64,000 bases of DNA from assembly GCA_030731745.1 (NCBI GenBank), contig JANQTJ010000037.1:77685-141684 (forward strand), read 5' to 3'. This DNA comes from Flaviramulus sp. Its GTDB lineage: Bacteria > Bacteroidota > Bacteroidia > Flavobacteriales > Flavobacteriaceae. Shown piece by piece: positions 38,870-48,290 of the stretch; the first letter of the stretch is position 1; each line of letters begins with the position of its first letter. Below the pieces are notes generated by a model. That model did not search any database. It was not told where the DNA came from and was given only the letters and a program-made list of their open reading frames with translations. The position numbers and the translations under genes are program-made.

Positions 38870-41800
38870 ATGAGACTAATCAGAATCGTTTTGTGCCTTT
38901 TTTTATTTGGAAATATAGCACAAATTAATGCCCAATCTTTTGACGAATCACAGTACAATGCTTTAGAATACAGACTTGTTGGTCCTTTTAGAGGAGGAAG
39001 AAGTGCTGCTGTTACAGGTGTTCCAAATAATCCTAATCTTTTTTATTTTGGATCTACTGGAGGTGGTGTTTGGAAAACTTTAGATGGTGGACGAACTTGG
39101 GACAATATTTCTGATGGTTTTTTTGGAGGAAGTACAGGTGCTATTACGGTTTCAAAAAGTGATCCTAACGTTATATATGTTGGAGGAGGAGAAAAAACAG
39201 TTAGAGGAAATGTGTCATCGGGCTATGGTATTTGGAAAAGTGTTGATGCTGGAAAAACTTGGACTTCAGCTGGTTTAACAAATTCAAGACACGTCCCTAG
39301 AATAGCAGTGGACCCTAACGATTATAATATTGTTTATGCAGCTGTTTTAGGAAATATTTATAAACCAACCCAAGATAGAGGTGTTTATAAAAGTATGGAT
39401 GGTGGTAAAACATGGAAAAAGACTTTATTTTCAAACGAAAACTCAGGTGTTGTTGATTTATTAATCGACCCAACAAATCCTAGAATTTTATATGCATCTA
39501 CATGGCGTGTTCAGCGCACACCATACAGTTTAAGTTCTGGTGGTGATGGTTCAGCACTTTGGAAAAGTACAGATAGAGGCGAAACGTGGACTGAAATTTC
39601 AACTAAAAAAGGATTCCCTGAAGGTACTTTAGGTATTATTGGCGTTACAGTTTCACCGGTTAATAACCAACGTGTCTGGGCTATTGTTGAAAACAAAGAT
39701 AATGGCGGTTTATACAGAAGCGATGATGGTGGAGAAACTTGGACACAAGTAAATAGTGAACGTAAATTACGTCAGCGTGCCTGGTATTATACCAGAGTTT
39801 ATGCAGATACTAAAGATGTAGATGTTGTTTATGTTTTAAATGTGAATTATCACAAAAGCACAGATGGCGGAAAATCATTTAGTACCTATAATGCACCACA
39901 TGGAGATCATCATGATTTATGGATAGCACCAGAAGATTCAAACCGAATGATAATTGGAGATGACGGTGGTGCTCAAGTTACCTACGATGGTGGTGAAACT
40001 TGGAGTACTTACCATAATCAACCAACGTCTCAGTTTTATAGAGTAACTACAGATAATCATTTTCCATATCGTATTTATGCAGCACAACAGGATAACTCTA
40101 CAGTAAGAATTTCGCACAGAACTGACGGCAGATCAGTTTCTGAAGATGATTGGGAAAGTACCGCAGGAGGAGAATCTGCGCATATTGCCGTAGATCCAGA
40201 AGATAATGATATTGTTTACGGAGGAAGTTACGATGGGTTTTTAACTCGTGTTAATCATAAAAAAGGAACGGTAAGAGCTATCAATGTATGGCCAGATAAT
40301 CCTATGGGTCATGGAGCAGAAGGAATGAAATACCGTTTCCAATGGAATTTTCCTATTGTATTTTCAAAACACAATCCAAATCGATTATATACATTTTCAC
40401 AACATGTTCATGTAACAGAAAATGAAGGACAATCGTGGAAAGTTGTGAGTCCAGATTTAACCCGAAATGATCCAGAAAAACTAAAATCATCAGGAGGACC
40501 CATTACACAAGATAACACGTCTGTAGAATATTACTGTACTATTTTTGCTGCACAGGAGTCTCCCATTACAGAAGGGTTGCTTTGGGTTGGAAGCGATGAT
40601 GGGTTAATTCATGTAACTAAAGATGGTGGTGGAAATTGGGAGAATGTAACCCCTAAAGGGATGCCAGAATGGATGATGATTAATAGTATAGAACCTAGCG
40701 CTTTTGAAGCAGGAACCTGTTACGTAGCAGGAACAAAATATAAAACAGGTGATTTTAATCCGTACTTATATAAAACAACAGACTACGGTAAAACTTGGAA
40801 AAAAATAACCAATGGCATCAACCCAGAACATTTCACAAGAGTTTTAAGAGAAGATCCGAAGCAAAAAGGGTTGTTGTATGCTGGGACAGAAACTGGTATG
40901 TATATCTCTTTTGATGATGGAAATAATTGGAAACCTTTTCAATTAAACCTTCCCATAGTACCAATTACAGATTTAGCTATAAAAGATAACAATCTAATCG
41001 TGGCAACACAGGGGAGAAGTCTTTGGATTATTGATGATTTAACAGTACTTCATCAATTGTATGCTTCAAACTCAGAAGCAAACAAATTATTTAAACCAAA
41101 AGATACTTACCGAATGAGAGGTGGTAGCCGTAAAGGAAGTAAAACGGAAGGCGCTAACCATCCAAATGGCGTTATTACTTACTTCAATTTAGATAGTTTT
41201 GATGAGAAAAAAGATGAGGTTTCATTAACTTATTTTGATACCAAAGGTGATAGTATTAAAACCTTTTCAACAAAAAACAAAAAGAAAGACAAACTCACTG
41301 TAAAAAAAGGTATGAATCAGTTTGTTTGGGATATGGCTTACGATGGAGCCGAAATGTTAGATGGCATGATTTTATGGTGGGCAAGTTTAGACGGACCAAA
41401 AGCCATTCCAGGAACTTATAAAGTTCATTTAAATGTAAATGGAACAGCTATCCCGCAAACATTTAACATTGTAGCTGATCCTAGAGCTGAGAGTACTTTA
41501 ACAGATATGCAACGTCAATTTGATTTTATAAAAGACGTTAATAAAACAATGGATGATGCCCATAAATCTATCAAAAAAATCAGAAATATTAATGAGCAAC
41601 TTATAGCTTTTGAAGTACAATATAAAGACAATGAAACTGTAAAAGAGCTAATAGAAAAAGCAAAAATATTAAAAGAAGCTTTCACTAAAATAGAAGAAGC
41701 TTTATATCAAACAAAAAATCGTAGTGGTCAAGACCCATTAAACTTCCCAATACGTTTAACAAATAAATTAGGGCATTTAAACTCTTTAGTAGGTATGGGA

Positions 41801-41962
41801 GATTTTGCACCAACCCAGCAAGATATAGTTGTTAAAGATGAGCTTTCAAGTAAAATTAAAGAACAATTAGATACTTTTAATACCTTGATAAATGATGAGA
41901 TAACGGCATTTAATGAGGCCTTTAACAATAAACAATTAAATTATTTGTTTGTTAAAGATTAA
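38870..41962 (+). CDS. Secreted BNR/Asp-box repeat beta-propeller protein (sortilin/VPS10-like)
   Basis: Has a signal peptide and about 11 Asp-boxes (for example 'TLDGGRTW', 'SVDAGKTW', 'SDDGGETW', 'TTDYGKTW'). Length is 1030 aa. Confidence 0.8.
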   Translation: MRLIRIVLCLFLFGNIAQINAQSFDESQYNALEYRLVGPFRGGRSAAVTGVPNNPNLFYFGSTGGGVWKTLDGGRTWDNISDGFFGGSTGAITVSKSDPNVIYVGGGEKTVRGNVSSGYGIWKSVDAGKTWTSAGLTNSRHVPRIAVDPNDYNIVYAAVLGNIYKPTQDRGVYKSMDGGKTWKKTLFSNENSGVVDLLIDPTNPRILYASTWRVQRTPYSLSSGGDGSALWKSTDRGETWTEISTKKGFPEGTLGIIGVTVSPVNNQRVWAIVENKDNGGLYRSDDGGETWTQVNSERKLRQRAWYYTRVYADTKDVDVVYVLNVNYHKSTDGGKSFSTYNAPHGDHHDLWIAPEDSNRMIIGDDGGAQVTYDGGETWSTYHNQPTSQFYRVTTDNHFPYRIYAAQQDNSTVRISHRTDGRSVSEDDWESTAGGESAHIAVDPEDNDIVYGGSYDGFLTRVNHKKGTVRAINVWPDNPMGHGAEGMKYRFQWNFPIVFSKHNPNRLYTFSQHVHVTENEGQSWKVVSPDLTRNDPEKLKSSGGPITQDNTSVEYYCTIFAAQESPITEGLLWVGSDDGLIHVTKDGGGNWENVTPKGMPEWMMINSIEPSAFEAGTCYVAGTKYKTGDFNPYLYKTTDYGKTWKKITNGINPEHFTRVLREDPKQKGLLYAGTETGMYISFDDGNNWKPFQLNLPIVPITDLAIKDNNLIVATQGRSLWIIDDLTVLHQLYASNSEANKLFKPKDTYRMRGGSRKGSKTEGANHPNGVITYFNLDSFDEKKDEVSLTYFDTKGDSIKTFSTKNKKKDKLTVKKGMNQFVWDMAYDGAEMLDGMILWWASLDGPKAIPGTYKVHLNVNGTAIPQTFNIVADPRAESTLTDMQRQFDFIKDVNKTMDDAHKSIKKIRNINEQLIAFEVQYKDNETVKELIEKAKILKEAFTKIEEALYQTKNRSGQDPLNFPIRLTNKLGHLNSLVGMGDFAPTQQDIVVKDELSSKIKEQLDTFNTLINDEITAFNEAFNNKQLNYLFVKD

Positions 41963-42510
41963 TGGAATATTACAATTATATAAAATCGTTTCATCTAATT
42001 TTTGTAATAACCTGGTTTGCAGGGCTGTTTTACATACCGCGTTTATTTGTATATCAAATAGAAGCCTTTCATAAACCATCACCAGATAAAGAAATTTTGG
42101 GCAAACAGCTCAAGTTAATGGCAAAACGCCTCTGGTTCATTATTACGTGGCCATCAGCAATTTTAGCAACTATTTTTGCTGTATGGCTACTTATATTACA
42201 ACCCTATTGGCTGCAACAACCTTGGATGCATGTAAAATTAGGCTTTGTTATTTTGCTTATAATTTATCAGTTAAAAACCCATCAATATTATAAGCAATTA
42301 CAAAACGATGTAGTAAAAAAAACATCCAATTTTATGCGAATTTGGAACGAAGGCGCTACCTTTATACTATTTGCAGTCGTGTTTTTAGTTATCTTAAAAA
42401 GCGCCATCAATTGGGTTTGGGGCGTTATAGGTATTGTGGTTTTAGGTGTACTAATCATGCTAGGGTTTAAGCTTTATAAAAATGTAAGAGATAAAAATCC
42501 TGAGGCTTAA
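41962..42510 (+). CDS. hemJ: Protoporphyrinogen IX oxidase HemJ
   Basis: 182 aa with 4-5 TM helices and the signature 'FHLIFVITWFAGLFYIPRLFVYQ'. The start overlaps the BNR gene stop (TAATG). Confidence 0.85.
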   Translation: MEYYNYIKSFHLIFVITWFAGLFYIPRLFVYQIEAFHKPSPDKEILGKQLKLMAKRLWFIITWPSAILATIFAVWLLILQPYWLQQPWMHVKLGFVILLIIYQLKTHQYYKQLQNDVVKKTSNFMRIWNEGATFILFAVVFLVILKSAINWVWGVIGIVVLGVLIMLGFKLYKNVRDKNPEA

Positions 42511-42514
42511 AAAA

Positions 42515-42616
42515 GGTCTCGGTAAGTAGGGCGTTTCCCTATCGGGTCAGGCTATACATTATAATCTTTTTTTTCGTACCTCTAAAAAAGGATTTCCATT
42601 GCTATCCTTAACGCAA
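42515..42616 (+). repeat. Structured intergenic repeat, copy C
   Basis: Contains ...ATCGGGTCAGGCTATACATTATAATC...AGGATTTCCATTGCTATCCTTAACGCA. It shares the two-module layout and the terminal TAACGCA with copy A. Confidence 0.6.
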
Positions 42617-42693
42617 GCTATCGTAGTAAACTTTTAATAATCATGGGTGTCTTTGGTTCGATTATTGTTATATTTATTCGATTATTATTCTAG

Positions 42694-44157
42694 ATGAACT
42701 TAAAAAAACTATCCCTACGTACGCGTATATTTTTAGCCATGATATTTTTAGTATTATTGGCTTCTATACTTATTTCAGCGGTAGCAATCTATCAATACAA
42801 AGAGCAAAGTGAAGATTATCATAAAGAGCGTTTAGAGCGTAAAGAAGAAAATATTCAAACACATTTTAGACGTGTTTTAAATGGTAGGCAAAATACTTGG
42901 GAAGTTAAAACAGAGAATATCTCCATAATTTTTAAAGAAGAAATTTATAACATTGCAGACATCCATAAACTGCAAATTAATCTTTACGATTTAGATGGGA
43001 ATTTACTAATCTCTTCAAAAGCAGGCTTTCAAAATAATGTAGCAGATAAATGTATATCTGCAGAAATTTTAAACGCTATCACAAACACAGCTATTCATAG
43101 ATATGTAGATAAACATACAGAAAATGGCGAAACATTTCAATCATCTTACACTATTATTTCAGATCAAAAATCCAAGTCATTAGCTATTTTAAATCTACCT
43201 TATTTAGAAAAAGACGATTTTTTAGCAAAAGAACTAGAAGAGTTTTTGAAACGTATTGGTTTTGCATTCATGTTTGTATTATTAATGGCCATTTCTATTG
43301 CCTTTTTACTATCTAAATACATTACGCAGTCTTTAAAAACAATTAGTGATAAAATTAATACTACAAGGTTAGAAAAACGCAATCAAAAAATTGAAGTAGA
43401 TACGACTAGTGAAGAGATTTTGACTTTGGTTCACTCTTATAATAGTATGATTGATGAGTTGGAAGAAAGTGCTGTTCAATTAGCTCGAAGTGAGCGTGAA
43501 CAAGCATGGAGAGAAATGGCAAAACAAGTAGCCCACGAAATTAAAAATCCATTAACGCCCATGCGATTAACGGTTCAAAATTTTCAACGGAAGTTTAATC
43601 CTGAAGATGAAAACATCCATTTAAAAGTGGATGAATATAGTAAAACACTCATCCAGCAAATAGATACCATGAGTTCTATAGCATCTGCATTCTCTAATTT
43701 TGCTAAAATGCCAGCACAACAAAATGAAACTTTGGATGTGGTTAAAATTGTAAAATTAGCCCTCGATATTTTTAATGAGGATTATTTAGTTTTTACTGCT
43801 GAAAACGATGAGATTATAGCAAAATTTGATAGAACCCAACTTATACGAGTAGTTACTAATTTAGTAAAAAATGGCATCCAGTCTATTCCAGATAATCGTA
43901 CACCCATACTAAATGTTAATGTTGATAGTGATGCTAAAAATGTTATAATCACCATAGCTGATAATGGTTCTGGTATTTCTGAGGAAAATGTCTCAAAGGT
44001 ATTCGAGCCCAAGTTTACTACTAAAACAAGTGGTATGGGGCTAGGGTTGGCGATGGTAAAAAATATAGTAGAAACTTATAAAGGCACCATATCTTTTAAT
44101 TCTCAAAAAGATGTAGGTACTACTTTTAAGGTAAGCTTTCCAAAACAAAATGATTAA
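42694..44157 (+). CDS. Membrane sensor histidine kinase (HAMP-HisKA-HATPase)
   Basis: Has two TM helices flanking a roughly 150-aa extracytoplasmic region. The H-box is 'AHEIKNPLTPM', with N and G boxes ('LVKNGIQS', 'DNGSGI', 'GMGLGL'). Confidence 0.88.
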   Translation: MNLKKLSLRTRIFLAMIFLVLLASILISAVAIYQYKEQSEDYHKERLERKEENIQTHFRRVLNGRQNTWEVKTENISIIFKEEIYNIADIHKLQINLYDLDGNLLISSKAGFQNNVADKCISAEILNAITNTAIHRYVDKHTENGETFQSSYTIISDQKSKSLAILNLPYLEKDDFLAKELEEFLKRIGFAFMFVLLMAISIAFLLSKYITQSLKTISDKINTTRLEKRNQKIEVDTTSEEILTLVHSYNSMIDELEESAVQLARSEREQAWREMAKQVAHEIKNPLTPMRLTVQNFQRKFNPEDENIHLKVDEYSKTLIQQIDTMSSIASAFSNFAKMPAQQNETLDVVKIVKLALDIFNEDYLVFTAENDEIIAKFDRTQLIRVVTNLVKNGIQSIPDNRTPILNVNVDSDAKNVIITIADNGSGISEENVSKVFEPKFTTKTSGMGLGLAMVKNIVETYKGTISFNSQKDVGTTFKVSFPKQND

Positions 44158-44160
44158 GCT

Positions 44161-44589
44161 ATGAAACAACTATTTTTTGTCTTAATTTTTTTTATTTCAA
44201 GCCACGTCTTTACACAAGCAGGCGTTTATATAATTGATAATAACCATAAACATTCTGATGGAACAAAATTGAATTGGACGCTTACATTAAATGAGGATGG
44301 CACATTTTTGTACCATTTTTTTAGAGATATCTCAGCTATTTCAAAAGCGAATAGTGCTGAAAAATTTTATGGTAAAGGGACTTGGCAAGCGGAAGGAAAT
44401 CTTGTTTTTTTCTACACGGATAAAAATACAGAAATGGATGACGTTTATAAAATTAATTTCACAAATTCTAAAGCTCGATATATTACCAAATCACCTAGAG
44501 ATAAAACCGATAAAGTAGTAAACACTGCTTTACGTTTTTATGAATCAGATTTATTTTATATTAAAGGATTAGAATTATTTAAACAATAA
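44161..44589 (+). CDS. Hypothetical secreted protein
   Basis: Has a signal peptide ('FFVLIFFISSHVFTQA'). There are 3-nt gaps to both neighbouring genes. Confidence 0.5.
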   Translation: MKQLFFVLIFFISSHVFTQAGVYIIDNNHKHSDGTKLNWTLTLNEDGTFLYHFFRDISAISKANSAEKFYGKGTWQAEGNLVFFYTDKNTEMDDVYKINFTNSKARYITKSPRDKTDKVVNTALRFYESDLFYIKGLELFKQ

Positions 44590-44592
44590 CTT

Positions 44593-45375
44593 ATGAAATT
44601 TAACAACATATTATTTAAAGCAAATAATGGTATTACTACAATTACCATTAATCGTGAAAATAAATTAAATGCTCTAAATAAAGAGACTATTGAGGAGTTG
44701 CATGACGCTTTTTACGAAGCTGATAAAGATAAAAGTACAAAAGTAATTATCTTAACAGGTAGTGGTGATAAAGCATTTGTTGCTGGAGCAGATATTAGTG
44801 AATTTGCCGATTTTGATATTGAGGAAGCCACAGTATTAGCTGCAAAAGGCCAAGAGATGTTATTTAATTTCATTGAAAATTTATCTACACCTGTAATTGC
44901 TGCAGTTAATGGCTTTGCCTTAGGTGGTGGATTAGAATTAGCTATGGCATGCCATTTTAGAGTAGCTAGTGATAACGCAAAACTAGGCTTGCCAGAAGTG
45001 TCTTTAGGTGTTATCCCTGGATATGGTGGTACACAACGCTTGCCGCAGTTGGTTGGTAAAGGTCGTGCTATGGAAATGATAATGACAGCAGGCATGATAA
45101 ATGCAAACCAAGCGTTAACTTATGGCTTGGTAAATCATATTACTGCTCTTGAAGAATTAATTCCACTTTGTGAAAAGATTGCTTCCAAGATTTCTCAAAA
45201 TTCAAGTGTTGCTATAAGTTCAGTAATTAAGGCAGTAAATGCTAATTTTACAGATGGTATTAATGGCTATGGCGTTGAAATAAATGAATTTGGTAAGTGT
45301 TTTGGAACGGATGATTTTAAAGAAGGTACTACAGCCTTTTTACAAAAGAGAAAAGCAGATTTTACTGGTAGTTAA
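44593..45375 (+). CDS. Enoyl-CoA hydratase/isomerase (crotonase) family protein
   Basis: Has 'FVAGADI' and 'GFALGGGLELAMACH'. Length is 260 aa. Confidence 0.9.
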   Translation: MKFNNILFKANNGITTITINRENKLNALNKETIEELHDAFYEADKDKSTKVIILTGSGDKAFVAGADISEFADFDIEEATVLAAKGQEMLFNFIENLSTPVIAAVNGFALGGGLELAMACHFRVASDNAKLGLPEVSLGVIPGYGGTQRLPQLVGKGRAMEMIMTAGMINANQALTYGLVNHITALEELIPLCEKIASKISQNSSVAISSVIKAVNANFTDGINGYGVEINEFGKCFGTDDFKEGTTAFLQKRKADFTGS

Positions 45376-45401
45376 TATTATACTAATTATTTAAAAAATT
45401 T

Positions 45402-47297
45402 TTAAAAGTGATTAGAAATTAGCTCCAACAATTTTTCTTTTACTATTGGTTTTGAAATGTAGTTATTACAGCCAGCTTTAAGACTTTTTTCTCTATCTCC
45501 AACTTGTGCAAATGCTGTTTGTGAAATAATGTATACATTTTTATTAAAGGCTCGTATTTGTTTAGTAGCCTCATAACCATTCATTTCAGGCATTTTAATA
45601 TCCATTAAAATTAAATCAATATCTGGGTTTTCTTTACAAATTTTCACAGCTTCTTTTCCTGTATTTGCAATTAAAAGTTCTTTTGCGTGGGTTTTAAGCA
45701 CCTCTATTAAAAAGGCAACTCCAACCTCATCATCATCAGCTATAAGTATTTTTAATTGCTTTGTTATTGATAATTCTGCTTTAGAAGAAACCTCATCATT
45801 TTCTTCATTTATTGAATTCTCCATGTGATAAGGCACTGTGAAATAAAATTTAGAACCAACCCCTTCTTTACTTTCTACCCAAATTTTCCCACCTAACATT
45901 TCAACATAAGCTTTTGAAATCGATAAACCTAAGCCAGAACCTTCAAAGGCTTGTACATCTTCGATATCGGCTTTAACAAAATGATTAAAAATGGCTTCTT
46001 GTCTTTTTAAAGGAATTCCAATTCCGGTGTCAAATACAAAAAATTCGATTTCTTTTTTTTTGTTATCCTCGTTAATATGATATCCAAAGTCCACATGACC
46101 TGATGTACTAAATCTAATCGCGTTCTTGATTAAGTTTGTTAGTATAGAATTTATTTTTTCTTTATCAGATTTAAAAATGGCTCTCTTGTTAGATACTTCC
46201 TTTGTATAGGAAATAGACAATTTATTTTTTCTAGCTTCAGGCAAGAAAAAGTCCAGTAGCTCGTCTAATAATTCATTTAAATTAATTTTTGAAATTGAAA
46301 TTTTAACTTGTCCTGATTCAATTTTAGCAATATCAACAATATTATTAATAGTGTTAAGCATTCTATTGCTGCTTTTTTCAATAATGTCGATAAATTTTAG
46401 TTGGTCTTCACCTGAAACTTTCTTTTCTTTTAATAAATCAGTAAATCCAAGAATTCCATTCATTGGAGTTCGAATTTCATGGCTCATATTAGCAAGAAAT
46501 GCTAATTTTAAACGATCAGATTCTTCAGTTTTTTCTTTAGACTTTATTAATTTATTTTCAACTTCCTTTTGTTCATTAGTGTCACTAAAAGCTACAGCTA
46601 TTAAGCCCTCTTTTACTTTCCACGCATGAATAGTGTAGTGTCTATTCATCTCACTGCTAAGGTTTTGGCAGGTTATTGGGTCTCCAGTTTTATTAACTTT
46701 TTCAAAAATATCTAACCAATAATCATCAATTTTGAAAAGTTCTTTTCCTCGTTTATTAATTATCTCGTTTCTAAGCTTCCCAACTAATTTCGTAAAAGCT
46801 GGGTTAACATCCCGATAATAATGGTCTATTACTTTTCCATTGTCATCAATTATTAACTCATTAAGCATAAAGTTAACCGACATCGTTTTAAAAAGATCCG
46901 AATAACTTATGTCGTTTTCATATTTGTTATTTTCAGTTAAACTTTGCTCGGTAATTTCTTTTCCAATACCATAAATAATGCCTTCTTCAATTATGGGTGT
47001 TGCTGTCCATTTGATATTTTTTATTGATCCATCTTTACAGATATATCTATTTTCAAATACAAGTGTATTCCTTCCTTTTGATAAATTGAATAAAATTTTT
47101 TCAGTTTTTTTTAAATCATTAGGATGAATATGTTCTACAAAATCTTTTGCAAGTAATTCTTCTGTTGAGTAGCCTAAAAATTTTTCTAATGAAGGATTGG
47201 CATATCTAAAATACCCGTGAAAATCTGCTATGAAAATTAATTCAAGTGATAGCTCGAAAAAGCGTTTATGAATATAGTTTTGGTTACTATTCTCCAT
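45402..47297 (-). CDS. Hybrid sensor histidine kinase/response regulator with PAS domains
   Basis: Has two PAS-like regions, the H-box 'SHEIRTPMNGI', an HATPase domain ('DTGIGI', 'GSGLGLS') and a C-terminal receiver ('ILIADDD...LILMDIKMPEMNG'). Confidence 0.9.
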   Translation of the reverse strand: MENSNQNYIHKRFFELSLELIFIADFHGYFRYANPSLEKFLGYSTEELLAKDFVEHIHPNDLKKTEKILFNLSKGRNTLVFENRYICKDGSIKNIKWTATPIIEEGIIYGIGKEITEQSLTENNKYENDISYSDLFKTMSVNFMLNELIIDDNGKVIDHYYRDVNPAFTKLVGKLRNEIINKRGKELFKIDDYWLDIFEKVNKTGDPITCQNLSSEMNRHYTIHAWKVKEGLIAVAFSDTNEQKEVENKLIKSKEKTEESDRLKLAFLANMSHEIRTPMNGILGFTDLLKEKKVSGEDQLKFIDIIEKSSNRMLNTINNIVDIAKIESGQVKISISKINLNELLDELLDFFLPEARKNKLSISYTKEVSNKRAIFKSDKEKINSILTNLIKNAIRFSTSGHVDFGYHINEDNKKKEIEFFVFDTGIGIPLKRQEAIFNHFVKADIEDVQAFEGSGLGLSISKAYVEMLGGKIWVESKEGVGSKFYFTVPYHMENSINEENDEVSSKAELSITKQLKILIADDDEVGVAFLIEVLKTHAKELLIANTGKEAVKICKENPDIDLILMDIKMPEMNGYEATKQIRAFNKNVYIISQTAFAQVGDREKSLKAGCNNYISKPIVKEKLLELISNHF

Positions 47298-47343
47298 ATC
47301 TATAGATAAATCTAATTATCATTAAGTAAAATCTATAATACTA

Positions 47344-47351
47344 CAAAGATA
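47344..47351 (-). promoter_or_regulatory. -7 box (TATCTTTG) for the hybrid kinase gene
   Basis: The reverse complement of CAAAGATA lies about 47 nt upstream of the ATG. Confidence 0.4.
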
Positions 47352-47413
47352 ACTAATAATAATAGTTTTAACTATAAATATGAGTTTTAATGTAAATTAA
47401 AAATTTTTACAAT

Positions 47414-47440
47414 AAAAAAGTGGATTGTAAAAATCCACTT
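47414..47440 (-). terminator. Intrinsic terminator of the 47466..48065 gene
   Basis: AGTGGATT-GTAAA-AATCCACT, with a T-run on the minus strand. Confidence 0.65.
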
Positions 47441-47465
47441 TGCTAATAATGTTGATGTTTTAATA

Positions 47466-48065
47466 TTATATGTTTTTTGTAAAAGTTTTTCCTTCCGTTT
47501 CAATAACAATTTTATAATCACCTTTTTTTAATCCAGTTAGTTTATACGTTTTTTCAATATTTTTTGTATTTATTACTTTTTCAGTATAAACAAGCTCGTA
47601 ATCATAATCGTTTAAAAAGTATATTTCAATTTTTAAAGGGTCATTATTTAAAGCAAGTTTAGAGATGTAAACAAAATCATCTTTTACCCTTGTATATGGT
47701 TTAAAGATTGTTTTTTCTTCTTTTTTATTAAAAACAACATTGTTATAGTTTACTGTAAATGGGATAGTTTTAATCTCTAAGTCTTTATCTAACTCAAAAG
47801 TGTAAAAGCCATCTGGTAAATAAGTCAAATCAAATCCTTTACTATATATACCTGAATTTTCTATAACTTCTTTGTATAATATGATGCCGTTAATATCTAT
47901 GATTGATAATATGTTTCCTTTTTTTACATTGTTTAAGGTTAAAGACGTTTTTTTAGTATCATTTTTTATAGAATAAAATGAAGATTTATTTGCGAAACTA
48001 TAAATGGTAGTTAACATGGTTACCAATAAGATTCCTTTTTTTAAGTGTTTAATTACATTTTTCAT
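47466..48065 (-). CDS. Hypothetical secreted protein with two tandem beta-rich repeats
   Basis: Has a signal peptide. The two halves share the pattern L-N....L.I......LY.E.....K...L..L..G.Y. Confidence 0.5.
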   Translation of the reverse strand: MKNVIKHLKKGILLVTMLTTIYSFANKSSFYSIKNDTKKTSLTLNNVKKGNILSIIDINGIILYKEVIENSGIYSKGFDLTYLPDGFYTFELDKDLEIKTIPFTVNYNNVVFNKKEEKTIFKPYTRVKDDFVYISKLALNNDPLKIEIYFLNDYDYELVYTEKVINTKNIEKTYKLTGLKKGDYKIVIETEGKTFTKNI

Positions 48066-48093
48066 GATTTGGTTTTTTTAACGTTCAACACTT

Positions 48094-48101
48094 CAAATAT
48101 A
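48094..48101 (-). promoter_or_regulatory. -7 box (TATATTTG) for the 47466..48065 gene
   Basis: The reverse complement of CAAATATA lies about 29 nt upstream of the ATG. Confidence 0.45.
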
Positions 48102-48290
48102 GATGCGATTTGCACATTATAAAACATGGATTTTAATATATTTATATGTTATTTTACCAATTATTTAAATACTAAACAATTTTTAAGTTAATAAAGCATA
48201 TATTATTGTCAAATAACCATAATGTTTAATAACTAAGTTTTATCAATCTAATTGCGCTCTTTTTAAGTTATATGCAAGTAAAAATTTAGC

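Noticed and set aside
38870-41962. The BNR-repeat protein could be labelled a sialidase or glycoside hydrolase.
   Set aside because: Asp-boxes are structural repeats found in many non-enzymatic propellers. I see no RIP/FRIP or catalytic Tyr/Glu context, so only the fold-level call is supported.
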